Position numbers and translations under genes: made by a program. A stretch of DNA of 64,000 nucleotides from Octopus sinensis (Eukaryota): the NCBI RefSeq assembly GCF_006345805.1, contig NC_043010.1, positions 64,666,001-64,730,000 on the forward strand. The letters are read 5' to 3'. The notes beneath the pieces were generated by a model. It saw only the letters and a list, made by a program, of their open reading frames with translations, searched no databases and was not told the DNA's origin. This document shows, one piece after another, positions 49,401-64,000 of the stretch (positions are counted from its first letter, which is position 1; the number at the start of each line of letters is the position of its first letter).

Positions 49401-50878
49401 AATCTTGACAATTTATTTAATACAAGGAGCTTTCTTAACTACATTCTTTTCGTTTTCTAGTTCAAATAAAACACATTTTAGTACTTCTTTCTAAGTTAGC
49501 AAAACTCGCTCGCTAAGATCTCATGGAGTAACAAATATTGGGCATTCAGTATAATGACGCGTTATTGGCATATGAGTCATCACTAAATGTAAAATACACT
49601 GAATTTCACATGATCATCAATTTTAACAGAATGGCCTAAAGTCAAGGTACAAAGCAGAAAACTTCACACACGTACGACCTACGTCCACACGCAAGGACCG
49701 TTGCAGCGGCACTGAAGAGAAGTTCACACTCCCGTTCTCTTTATAGTCAAAGAACATCAAAAGATTATTCAATTGTATTGAAACTTGGTATGCAACCTCT
49801 TAAGGATACAATATTTACTGTTTTGCATTCAGCTATGTAGAAATATGTATTCGTTGCGACTTGTAATCTATGAAATCCAAAATTATACCAAATAATGCGA
49901 TTTTTTAAAAATTTTCAATTGCGTTACGGAGCCTGAAAACAATATTTAACCGCAAAGTTCTTTATACGCTTTTCCGCTTTTCTTTTAACCCTAATTCAGA
50001 ACAAAATATCGATTCTTGATTACCTATTCCGAAAGTTGCATTTTTCACTCCACCTTAATATGCATCACCCTTGAACAAGCTCTGAGAACTAATTACATCA
50101 AGTTCCAAATATATAAGATTAGCGAATCGCCTCTTTTGTAGGATGTGTAGCAGCAGAAAAGAAACAATCTCACATATTGTGAGTTAGTTTAGCAAGCTGA
50201 CCGAAAAGCACTACAACTGGAGGCACGATAATGTAGCTAAGTTCGTCCGCTGGAGGAGATGTGAAAATAAGGCCTGAACAGAGTACGGAAATGGTACGAA
50301 CATGTACCAGAAGGAGTCACCACCGAGAACAATGGACATAAGATACTGGGAAATTTTATAATCCAATGTGACTCCCTAATTGAGCCTCGGAGATTAGATA
50401 TTGTTGTGGTAGATAAAGGAAAAAAGGAAACCAAGGTTATAGATATTGCAATACCTGAAGATGCATTCATAAATGACGTAGAACTAGAAAAGATTGAAAA
50501 CTACAGACTACGAACAGACGAAACTTCAAGAATGTAGACTATGAAGAGAGTGTCTCTCATTCCAATATTTGTAGGGGCACTCGGAGCACTACCAACCAAG
50601 TTTGAGAAACATGTCAAAGAAATCGGAATTGAGATGAGAGCAGAGCAATCCCCAAACACCGCTCATTTAAACTGTGGTACTAGGATGTTAAATTCTCCCA
50701 CGATAGTTAACAATTAAGTACCACAACTTAAATGTGTGGAAAGGGACCCTGTGACACCTCTGACAGCAGGCTGCTATCCACTCTCACAGAAGATACCAGA
50801 ACAAACAAGACCGAAAGTTCCGAGAAGTAAACAAAAACCAAAAAGAACAATAGCAACAACAACAATAATGATAATGAC
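46404..50878 (+). mobile_element. Copy 2 of the R4/Dong-like LINE
   Basis: Matches 19158-23695. Confidence 0.9.
49153..50054. mobile_element. Copy 2 of the Kolobok-like MITE
   Basis: ggtggagcgaaa.. and ..tttcactccacc|ttaa. Confidence 0.6.
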
Positions 50879-52849
50879 GAGCAACTACGGAGCAGTAATT
50901 GTAAAACAGTTCAGTGATGACATCAGATGGAATTTGCCTTAGATAAATGTGCACAAGCTACTTTTATTAGAGGGAAAATTACTGAAACATCCATCATTAA
51001 ACTTGACCAAGAGAATATCATAAAGGAGTTAGAATTAGAGGGGACTAAAAACATCTAGGGGTGCTTGAAGATTATGCAATTAAACATTCAATGATGAAGG
51101 AAAATATCAGGAAAGTGTTATCGAAAGGTAAGGGCAATGCTCGATACAGAGCTGATGAAAGAAACAAGAGAGAAACGATCAAAACATGAACCAGATAGGA
51201 AATTAATTACAGTTTCAATATTAATTTATTGAAATATGTAAGCTTGAGAGAAAAATAAGCAAAGTTTACAATGAAAAGAATGCACAATCCTAAGGCAGAT
51301 GTAGAAAACTTTACTTGCCAAGAAAAGAAGGTGGCCGTGGACTCTGACAACTGCAATTGACAATGAAGGTTTACACAATTGGCCTAAAAAGTTGCCTGAA
51401 AATTTCTGATTTGTGAATGCTAAAACGCGTCTCAAAACAAAAGAACCGTATACTCAAAAAGAAAAAAAGAAAAGAAAAGAAAAACAAAACAGGCAAGAAA
51501 TATCTAAGCGAATTCCAAATAGAACAAATCCCAGAATCAGACGTACTGGAAGTAAGCACAGAAAGAAGCTAGGCGTATGAAAACCATTGCTAAAGCTGAT
51601 CATAGAACATTTAAGTTTGCAAGTGATGCAACGTAGAACTACAGAAGTGTTTTGGGAGTAGATTACGGATAACGGCTTCAAAATATAGTTGTTTTTCTTG
51701 AAAGCGAAATTTCTTGTCAGAATCAGCCACATAAATCGTGTAAGGAAATTGAAGGTAGACGTTGAAACTGTCTCTCTACGTGTTTATTTTATTAAACAGC
51801 TGAGGGAGCTGTTTTTTCGGAGAGAAGTATGATTGGTACGTTAAAAAATGTCAATATAATACCTACTTGAAAAAATAGAATTGAAGGAGTGTATTTACTA
51901 CATGCTTACAGTGACTTTAAAATTCACTTCAGGTAACGAAAAATGAAGACATGAAGAGCTTGAATTCAGTTCACGAATACTGCTTTGAATCTTTAGCAGT
52001 TCTCAGTGAAATGATGTCGCGTTAAAAGGCGTACAGATAATTGTGAAGTTGTAATGACGGTGAAAGTAAGAAGGATACAGATATATAAGTAGTCAAAGTA
52101 ACCAGCATGTGTGGTAGCACTGAAGCAGTGTATTTTGAAAATGATTGAATATATGTGACTATATTATTTCATGCCTAAAGATCAGATAGTTGTGTGTGTG
52201 TGCACACACACACACACACCTACACATCGTTATTTAACATCTCCTTTCTATGTTGATAAGTGTTGATCTCTTTGGCAGGAACGTGGCGAGCTGCAGGAAT
52301 GCGTCGAGTTCTGAAGCTATTTTTGGAATGGTTTCTACGGCTAGATGACATTCCTAACGCCAACCACTTTATAGAAAGTAATGTGTGCTTCTTCCTTGCC
52401 ACTAGTATTAGCGAGGCTTCCATGTAACTTGCAAGACATCAAAGAACAGAAGAAAATGAAAGGAAAAATGCTGCCACAAATGCATAGTGCAGAGTGGTGC
52501 CATTTTTTCAGAGTTGTGTATATCTATAAATTTTAACAGTTGGTTAGTTATTTTTCTGCACCTTTTATAATCATTCATATAGTTATTATTATAGGATTTG
52601 TTCTTTGTTTATTTTCATCTCCACATTATATATATATATATATATTTAAATAGAGTTGAACGAAGATGTTATTAAAATTCTTTTACTTTCGACATATGTT
52701 TCGAAGACTACATGGCTTCATTCCAAAGGAATAAACGGTGTAAAATGCAATCTTCTCATCAGGAAAGAAAGAGAAGTTTGCTAACCTGGTAACGGTTTAT
52801 TGAATTTTCCATGTTAACGGTAAACAAAGGATAATTCATTCATCCATTT

Positions 52850-54122
<1,273 letters not shown>

Positions 54123-54202
54123 CATACATACATACACATATATATATTTATATATATACATACATGCATACATATACATATATATATACATACATATATA
54201 TT

Positions 54203-54267
<65 letters not shown>

Positions 54268-54706
54268 GAAATTGATTAAGATGTATATCCTTCTCTGGCG
54301 AACCTTTACATCAATATCTAGCATATTCTAGGTAAATGGTTGTCAATCTCTGGTGTATGATTATAATAGTTCTTATTTTTTTGTATTTCGTAATGCTATA
54401 ATAACATCTAGGTATCTAGTTTTATTCATTATTGTCTAAGACTGCGGTACCGAATACAATATTTTTGGTTGTTTCTCCCGAACATCAATATATTCTACCG
54501 CTACATAACGTACCCTGTTTCATTGTATGATTTTTCTTGGTTTTCTCCACGTCGACAAAATGTAATTTTTGGGTTGTTATCATGACTCAACAAACTATAA
54601 TAGAATATAATACAAATTGGAACGTAAGATATTGCTTTCATTATGCTATAATTTTCTTTTCAAAAGTGGAATCATATTATAAACGTCTGAAAAACTAAAC
54701 ACTTAC

Positions 54707-54844
54707 CATTTTCTTGTTATGGAACCTAACCTTTAAAGCACTGTGTATACATATACCTTTATCCTCAACACTAACTAGTTCTATGAGATACTGACCCAGT
54801 TTAATTGATTCGTTCAGTGTTCTTGGCAAGTAATTAGGTGGATC
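54707..54844 (-). CDS. Copy 2 of PTP exon 28765-28902
   Basis: No differences seen; splice sites intact. Confidence 0.8.
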
Positions 54845-56395
54845 CTATGTGGAGAAAAAGAAGACATATTAATATCAGTTAATATGTTATATGATAAGTG
54901 TGTTCATATATTTACAACCAAAGTTGGGAAATGTTTAATGCGGCAAAGTTCTACATTATATAGCTGACTGAATTGCTCCTTAAGTAGTCATGTCGTAATA
55001 TTAATTTGCTATTAAAAAAAAAACTCCTCTCATATAACATACTCAGAAATCGTCCCACACCAATCAGAATATTATAAGTCATCAGCTATTATTTTGAAAA
55101 AAATTGTAATTTTTAATGGTTAATTAGACACTAGAAAATGTTTATAAATAGTACCAGAAAATATTTATAAAATACCAATATTTTCATATTGTAGCAATAG
55201 TATGGGATTGACATATCTGTATGCGGGTATAACTTGAAGTGAATTAAGTCAATATCATGTTGGAAAGGAAAGCGTTTGACTATTTCGGGCAATGTACTTC
55301 TTCAGAAAAGAGAAAAGAGGTGTGCCTCCTGTCTGATTGATACAGTTAAATACGGTATATACCTGTAACAGGACTTCCCCTCTAGACATAACTTTCTATT
55401 TTGTTTTAGATCTGAATATTTGCAATCATTAAATGAGAGAACATCTCAATCAGAAAGAAAACACAACTTTTTCTCTTTACTGAAGAAGTACGTTGCCAGA
55501 AACATCAAACGCTTTCCTTTCCAACATGATATCGACTTAATTCACATCAAGTTATACCTTCATACAGTTATGTCAATCTCATACTATTGCAACAAAATGA
55601 AAATATTGGTATTTTACAAAGGAGTATCTTATCTTTTTTCCCTTGGAAGTGTACCACTCTTTCTTGCTTTATGAATGTGGTTTCCTCTCACATTATTTCA
55701 TCAATATATTTTGAAATTTCGTTTTACTTTTATAATTAGAATATTTTAAACATTTTCTGCTAGATATGTATTTTTGTTTCTTTTTTCTTAGTTTCCGCAT
55801 TGCACTGCCTTTTTAATTTCTTCGTTTATAGCGAATTTTTTCTCACATCTCCCCTTTTCTCTCTCTATCTCTCTCTCTCTTTCCCCAGTTACTCTCTGCC
55901 GCTCTCTCTCAACAGGCTTCAGTCTGTCCTATTTTGCTAAAAGCACGTTTTCTGCGACTCAGACAGCGACTGATTGTCACTATCAAGTTCAATACCTTAA
56001 GAGGAAAAATTGTTTACAATAATCTCGTTCCTCGTGATGAACATTTTCATTTTTGACAGCCAAAACTTTGTCCTCAGAAGGAGTAGAAATATGTACGCTT
56101 ATTTATTACCTCACAGTTATTGCTTCAGAACGTTCACTAAAATAATATTATTACACGTTTCTCCTGCCGACTGTGTATTGCATGTGAAAAGTTAAGTTAC
56201 TGTTCTTTCATTTATATTATTTTCTCTTTTCTTGGATCAGAATCATAATGAATAGACACGCCTATGCAACTTGCGTTTATGGGTCTTCATCTAAGCCTTA
56301 GTCTATTAATACTGGTTGACATGAAATTCTGGTAATATTCCAAAAATCTTACTACTACGTCCAACAGAACAACAATTAAAACAGTAATGACTACA

Positions 56396-56444
<49 letters not shown>

Positions 56445-58355
56445 CACACACGCACAAACAAACACACGCACAAACAAACACACACACACACCTATATGGA
56501 GATTGTACCACAGATTTCTCCTAAATGTTGTGGACGGAGACACGATACGCCCTATATCTAAATAATTGATTCCAGACATTTTTTTCTTTGAATAATAACA
56601 TTGAAGAGATTATTCAATGCTGATATACTTGGTCACTTTCACCTATACAATAAATTTACAACATGGTTACAGACAAGTTATTCGCTTGTTTTATAGGAAA
56701 CACTGAAACAACTAAGCACAAGCATCTTACATTGCATCCAAAATTAAAGCCGTTCAAACAATCGGCAATGATTCGTTTAGCGATAACCTATTACCAAGTA
56801 ATTTTCAGATAACACATAACATTTAACACCCCTTTGTCTCTTCTGCTGTACTACAAGACATTCTGCTCTCTTGAATTAATATCCTTCATCCGCTCTCCGC
56901 TTGTTCTCCTTTAATGCATCTATATTTCTGCATTTCTTGTGTGAAATATGTAGTGTGTCAAGCAGTGTTTCACATTCTAAACGTGCAAAATCCTTCGCCC
57001 AGTCCGTTCACTTTTCGGAAAACGTGCAAAGATCATTGGTTCTATTCATTCTTCTATAACTAAATTATAAGAAAACAAGGTATTTGTTTTACTGACCTTG
57101 CAGGTGGGCTGATTTTAAAAGGTATTTAAAGCTAAAAGTGTGATACAATCTACCGTACAACAAAGTATCTGTTGCCGTAATTTACGTTTCTCAATAAATT
57201 TATTTTTTCAGTAATTGCAAGGTGGAAGAAGATAAAAATTGCTACTATTATTCCAAATCACTCCACTGTGATTCCCATAATTCTGTGCCCGCCGAGTACT
57301 GTGTATTCTAAGACGATGAAGGTGTGTGGCCTACTATTTTTTTTAATATGGACATAGTTTCTGTTCCAGACACGGGCGGATTCTGGCCCCAGGGCTAAAG
57401 CAATTCATTTCCCATTGATCAAGTCTACACAACAGAAAATGAGTTACGTCTGAGGGGGAGTGGTTTCTTGTTGACTGTTTACCTAAAATATTGAAAACGC
57501 AAGACATCAAAAGTATCTAAGAGTCACAGCCCATTGTAGAAATCTGGGGTGGATTTCGGTCGTATGAGTTGTAATTAAATGTTTCTAATTTTGACACAAG
57601 GGCAGCAATTTTTAGGTGAAAAGTTAAATCATTAGAAAGACACCAGTACTTGACTAGTACTTTATTTTATCAACCCCACGAGAATATCGAAGGCAAAGTT
57701 AATTTCAGCGATGTTTGAATACAGAATATAAAAGCAAGAACAAATACCATTAATCAGTTTGTCCGATATGCTAACGATTCCGCTTGTTCACCTCCTTATT
57801 TACTGTAATTAACTGTAATTAAATAACAATGATTTATTCCGTTTGGAGTAATGTAATGTATTTCATTTACTCCAGTTGCTGCTATTAACGTAGAACCTGT
57901 GACGTAATATAAAATATTCAGCTGTTACTGGCACAGCATATCAACACATATTTATCTCAAAAGACGAGAATCCCTTAAAAGAGAGCGCTAACCAACCGGG
58001 ACTGCGTGCTGGCCCTTTGTTCTTTGTTACCGCTTTAATTTCAGTTTGCATCCATAGAGTCCAGTTTTACTGCCCTTCCGATATACTATTGCTGATGTTT
58101 GATATTACAATTTTTTATAACATTTAGGAGATTAATATGGGGACACAACTCTACTAACAAAATCTGATAACTAACAACCTGAAATTCTCCGCCTAATATA
58201 AAGTTAGTATTAACGATCAAGCCATCAGCTTTCAATTTGTACAGTGTCTCTAGAAAGAAACTGCTGGAATTATTACAATTTGGACAATAAATTAGGAACA
58301 ATGATAGTCATTGATAACTTTAAATATTGTGAAAACAAAGCATTTATAGACTTAC

Positions 58356-58481
58356 CCCACTTGGATCAAAGAATGCTACGATATTGAGATAACCTTTGTT
58401 GATCAGGCATTTCAGGAAATATACTGTTTTACCTTCTTCTGGTATTTCCGTTACAAGAAATTCATTTTCACATGAAGGCCC
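58356..58481 (-). CDS. Copy 2 of PTP exon 32400-32525
   Basis: One synonymous change; splice sites intact. Confidence 0.78.
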
Positions 58482-58711
58482 CTATATACATAAAAAAAAC
58501 GAAAGATAATTATAAAACAAAGAAACCAAGCAAAGAAAAGGGAGAACTATTATCGCCTCATGTTGTATTATGTCTTACTGCAACAAAGTACCTTTTTTAT
58601 GTGAGAGACGTCTTCCCAAAATCTCAAGTGTAGCACTAATATACGTACACACATACGATACAGTGTGATACAAATACACACAAGCTTACACACACACATG
58701 CATATATATAA

Positions 58712-59346
58712 CTAGCAGTATCGCCCGGCGTTGCTCGGGTTTGTAAGGGAAATAACTATATAAGCATTTTTAGAGAGTTATAGCAAAGAATAGCAAAAAA
58801 TGCATTAAAAATGGAATAAAAAATGATGGTAATTTTTTTTTTAAATCGTTGACTCATCGTAGACATTTTTAGAGAGTTACTTCCCTTATATAATAGCGAA
58901 AAAATGCATTAAAATGGAAAAAAATGGTGGTAAAATTTTTTAAAATCGTAGACTCATGTAGACGCTTTCTTAGCCATTTCTGTTTTGGTGTCTTCAAGCC
59001 ATGAAGTCGTTGTTCTAAAAGAACGCTGGTCTCCTTGACAACGCATTACGACGTTGATTTCCTTACACTCCCTTCCCCACAGGTGCAGGTGTGAGCGTGG
59101 ACGCCAACTCCGCCGCCATCGACACACGAAAAAATATGCATTAAAATGGAATAAAAAATTATGTTAAATTATTTTTAAAATCGTAGACTCATCGTAGACG
59201 CGCGCTAATACTCAGACGGGCTCGATATGAATCACGACTATAAGATACCCGAATTTGGTTAAACTGGACCGCGAAATGTGGGAGTAGTTAGGAATCTAAA
59301 TCGAAGGGGACAGACACTCACACAACTACAGTTTTATATATATAGA
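58712..59346 (-). mobile_element. Copy 2 of the non-autonomous Helitron
   Basis: Same TC and hairpin-CTAG termini. Confidence 0.85.
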
Positions 59347-59658
59347 TTAATTAATCAAAGGACATACTATATATGTCTACCTGCTGGAAATGACAGTCAA
59401 ACTCATATTTGAATCGCCATGATACACTGATAATAACTACAGAGATCAACCGCCCGAAGGCAAACGGGCTAAGACAATCTTTCAGCATAATTCAAGTATT
59501 TGGACTCACGTGGACCGGTTTCTGGACTGGCAATATAGTCTCACCTCCCTCAGCACGCGTTACCATGAAGGAGAGCCCCAACCCGTCACGTTGAAGTCTA
59601 CGCTGCAACTGAATCGTTTTGCGCCGAATCATGGCAGCCACCATTGTGAAAATAATTT

Positions 59659-59980
59659 CAACACAGAACAAATAATTCAAGAGAAAATATTTGCGAAGAT
59701 ATCATTGACTATTATTATCTAGTGTAACATTTGGTTGATTTATGTTGCTAAAAATAGTGTATTTTAGCGATTTAAATAAGAGATTTGACAGTTACATCCA
59801 GCAGGTATCCATACTTAGTATGTCCTTTGATTAATTTTTATCCTTCGCTATTTAATGACTTTTGGGGGCTTGCAATCGCCTATATTATTAATTGTGTTGT
59901 CATTTTGAAATTGTTACACTATACAATAATAGAGTTAATAATAACTTCGCAAATATTTTCTTCTGAATTATTTGCTCCGT

Positions 59981-59982
<2 letters not shown>
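59659..59982. mobile_element. Copy 2 of the MITE
   Basis: Matches 33701-34024. Confidence 0.75.
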
Positions 59983-60074
<92 letters not shown>

Positions 60075-60692
60075 TATATATATCAAAGAAACAGATTCGT
60101 TCGTAATGTGCATGGATAAAGGACCCGTGTTTGTAACAGGAATATGTATATAAATTACACATATACGATGGGCAAAGTGATGACAGCATAGAAGCGTTTT
60201 ATTTAGGCACTGATATGACCATAACCTATCACCTGAATCAACGGAGATCTGACAAATCTCTATATTTGAAATTGTTCTGCTCTCAGAAAATAATATTAAA
60301 GCGAAACAACTGATGATTTAGGTATTAAAGATTGTTGGAATATTTTATGACGATGCCTTTAGATGGAAAGAGTATAGGTTAATGAGGGAGATATTTGAGA
60401 GATTATGTTAAACTCAGTAATGCTGTAAACGATAGGAGTGAATGAATCTCTATTTTGTTACCTATATTCATTTATTGTAGCCAGGAACTATTTTCTTCAA
60501 GTAAAATAATATCAAAAAAAGAAGAATTCGAAATGAAGGTATGTAATATACGTTTTAATTTTATTTAACTATTTTCGGATTTACCATCATACAGAAGTAA
60601 AAATATCAATAAACGAGGGAGAAGAAAAGTTTAACTTATGCAGAAGAGAAGCGAGTGTTGAAAGTTTAAAAGAAAAATAATAATTTACTTAC

Positions 60693-60777
60693 ATCGATGA
60701 ATACCCCGTTCATATTGAATTTCGCTAACTCATCTTCCATTTATGAAAAAAACAAACCAAAGTAAAACGATTATTTT
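60693..60777 (-). CDS. Copy 2 of the 85-nt PTP exon (same frame problem)
   Basis: Identical to 34705-34789. Confidence 0.55.
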
Positions 60778-62547
60778 CTAGAAAATTAACATAGAGCATG
60801 ATAAATACCTGTATTATTGAATTTCATAAAATAGATTTTTAGAATTATTATGCATACAAGGTCCAGTTTCAAATAGAACAGAGGTATGCATGCTGATCGT
60901 CACTATACGTGTAACATGTTAAAACTTATTCAGTTATAAAGTATATTCTTAATGTATTAAGCTTTGCTGAAAATGTTTTAGTCACGATGTTATTTAAAAG
61001 CAAATCTGAATACTGATAAAAAGAAGATATTGTTTCATCAGAAACGTAGAAAAGATTTCTTTGATCTTGTTTATACCAAGCCCAACATAACAATGAACAT
61101 ATTTGTCTTAGTAAAAAGATAAATGGTGAAATTGAGCTCTGAAAGTAGAAAGTGTAGGTTTTCTCTTCGGATGGTACATTGTGCAAATCTTATCTCGAAG
61201 AATTACTAGGGATCTTGGTATTCTTGACGCTGAAGATCACGTTGTCACTTGTTATTAGAATATATCATTACAAATTTCTACGAAAACCCCAGCAAACTGG
61301 TTAGCCTATGCATCAACGATTTGTCCTTTGGTGCATCATCACAAACATACTATTCTTTTCTTACAAGAACAGAGACGTGTGACGAGAAGCATGACGGTTT
61401 CATAAAGTGCAGCACTTGTTACTAACTATGGCTTAAAAACATCATTGCTATATGTTTTGAGGGTTCAAAATGATTCAATGTCTCGAATCTGCTATGTTGT
61501 ACTTGCTTATATTACGATGTGTTATTATATAACACTAGAGATGTTGTAACAATATTCTAAATCTGTGAAAACTTTGCACAGGATGTTCTCAGGATTCGAT
61601 GTGAGCACTGACTGAAAAATTGATTGGAAAAGTCAGATGATTATTGATTTAGAGAAGAAATTAAAATTAAACATATCTATGGAAATTAACTGGGAATATA
61701 GGGAGGAAAAGTATATTACTATTACATTAATTCGTCCACAATTTATAGCAAATGAGAGAACTGTACATATTAATAATTTGTGCTGTAAAACTGTTCAGGA
61801 GGTTATCTGGTGCAATCTTTGACGCATTCAGATTTCACATGTCACTGAGGTCAACTTTGTCTTTTATCATTTTCGGGTTGGGAAAAATAAAGTACTAGTC
61901 CCATCAATGTAGTTCACTTGCTCTCCTCCCCTCAAAATTGCGTAGTTGGTTGCGCAAGAGAAAATATCGTGAGTTTCTTTATTTTACATTATTCAATTTT
62001 TAACTTTCATTTTTTCATTAGAGCTAACGTTTCTTTTCGTCAAAATCTGTTCGGTAGAATTAGTATTCTATACGTACATGTGTCGAGTCAATTACCAATA
62101 TCTATATATTGCCAGTCTGTACAACTTTGAAAAGTTAATGTTTCTTTACCGAAATGCGTATTAACAGTTACATGAATGTACATGTGTCAAAATATTTATA
62201 AGGTCCTGATAATAGTGAATGTTTCAGATGACATTGATATATTAATAAAAATTGCACTTATGCATTTCTATCGAATACTAATATATTTTACTTACAATAA
62301 AAGTATGTACTAAAAGTTAATGAAAATTTTCCACGTTAAAATAATAGTAAAAATACAATTGACAGTAATGAGACTGTGATTACTATATCTCATACCGGTG
62401 AACAGAGGAAAGGGGTTCTGTTCATGCATTATGTTAAGAATTGTTTACATAATGGGTTCATAGAACAATTCCAGAGTAATGTAAGTGAAATAAAATGACT
62501 AAATAATTAGTAAATTAGTGTACATATATATATACATACATACATGA

Positions 62548-62610
<63 letters not shown>

Positions 62611-62847
62611 GAGAAGGAGAAAACTAGCGAGGGACAGAAAGCAGAATAGGGTTGGGGCGTGTTAATGTGTAATATTTATTTACATATAGTGCATTTTTCG
62701 GTGATGGAAAATAACTATAAGTGGTATGTGAACAATTTCATTATAGGTACGTCCCTGTCATTGACTTTACTGAAAATAAATATAACTCAAATATGTCGTC
62801 CTTAACATTATTTGATTTCATATATACATACATATATATATACATAC

Positions 62848-62929
<82 letters not shown>

Positions 62930-62934
62930 ATGCT

Positions 62935-63510
62935 GAGGCGAAATGGCCCAGTGGTTAGGGCAGCGGACTCGCGGTCGTAGAATCGCGGTGGGGGGAGGGG
63001 GTTGGCGATCCCTGCTGGCCTGCTCGCTTAGCCAGCGGAGTGGCGTCATTTGAAAGCGTTCTCACTGCTCATGATTTGGGTCACAAAAAATTTAATGAAA
63101 TTTAGGAAGGTGACTGTGGAGATAGTGCAGCTTTATACTCATATTTGCTCCCAAATTTTGAATGTTCCCCAGCAAGTTGTCAACTATTTTGGCATATGTG
63201 GCTGCTTTCTTGTTGCGCGGAATGCCATTAACAACTATTAAAATGAATTTCATACTGTTGTTTCAATGCAAGTTATAGAGATTGCAAAGTTCATATCTTC
63301 GATTCTGATTTGAGATCTATCAAATACTGTGTTGCAGATACAATGAAAGTGTGGTCTATCGTTATCCAGAGCTTTAACAAACTGCTTCAAAATGCCAAGT
63401 ATGAAACGGAATGGAGATAGGGTGATTTTACTCGGTTGAACTAAAGGCTCGTTAAACACATTAATTGACCCTGGAACTAATGTTTGTTACGGCCATTTTT
63501 TCGTCACCCA
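62935..63510. mobile_element. Copy 2 of the SINE and transposase remnant
   Basis: Matches 36955-37580 with short deletions near 63300-63330. Confidence 0.7.
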
Positions 63511-63718
63511 ATGTTTTTCCTCTGGCTTTGCTGCCCAACATATGTAAGTTTCGTATAAAATTTTATATGCAAACAATGTATGTACGTATTTTTGAAAAAT
63601 ACATATATACAGATAAACAAACAGACAGACAGGTGGGCAGATAGGCAGGCAATCAGGCAGGTAATCAGGCAGGCTGACAGACAGACAGACAAAGAGAGAC
63701 AGACAGACTGACAGATGC

Positions 63719-63771
<53 letters not shown>

Positions 63772-63772
63772 C

Positions 63773-63817
<45 letters not shown>

Positions 63818-63834
63818 TAAATAGAGAGATAGAG

Positions 63835-63883
<49 letters not shown>

Positions 63884-63940
63884 CATAGATACATACATAC
63901 ATACATACATACATACATACATACATACATACATACATAC

Positions 63941-64000
63941 TTAGAGGATACAAGAATTGGAAATAAAACTGAAATTCCTTCGCTTTGTATTCAAGTGGAA
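63941..64000 (-). CDS. Copy 2 of PTP exon 37958-38033 (partial, cut by window end)
   Basis: Identical over the visible 60 bp. Confidence 0.5.
   Translation of the reverse strand, partial: FHLNTKRRNFSFISNSCIL

Overview
AT-rich, repeat-dense animal genomic DNA. The SINE families and microsatellite load suggest a coleoid cephalopod such as Octopus (inference). The one host gene I can support is invisible to the ORF track: the 3' half of a receptor-type protein tyrosine phosphatase on the minus strand, rebuilt by hand as 10 GT-AG exons (41977 down to stop at 15628). D1 is catalytically intact (WPD, HCSAGVGRTG, Q-loop). D2 is a divergent pseudophosphatase (HSSDKFHKS). One D2 exon appears 1 nt short of frame. 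Positions 18591-38017 recur almost exactly at 45792-64000, starting right after a 100-N gap; an uncollapsed second haplotype is more likely than a true tandem duplication. The rest is transposon-derived: R4/Dong-like, CR1-like and RTE-like LINEs, Penelope-like elements with several hammerhead ribozyme folds, a dead mariner, a non-autonomous Helitron, MITEs, many tRNA-derived SINEs and long microsatellites. There is also a perfect 44-bp intronic hairpin and a LINE+SINE composite insertion present in only one of the two copies. I found no rRNA, true tRNA or CRISPR array, and no clearly new biological system. Exon coordinates were checked for phase; repeat boundaries are approximate.
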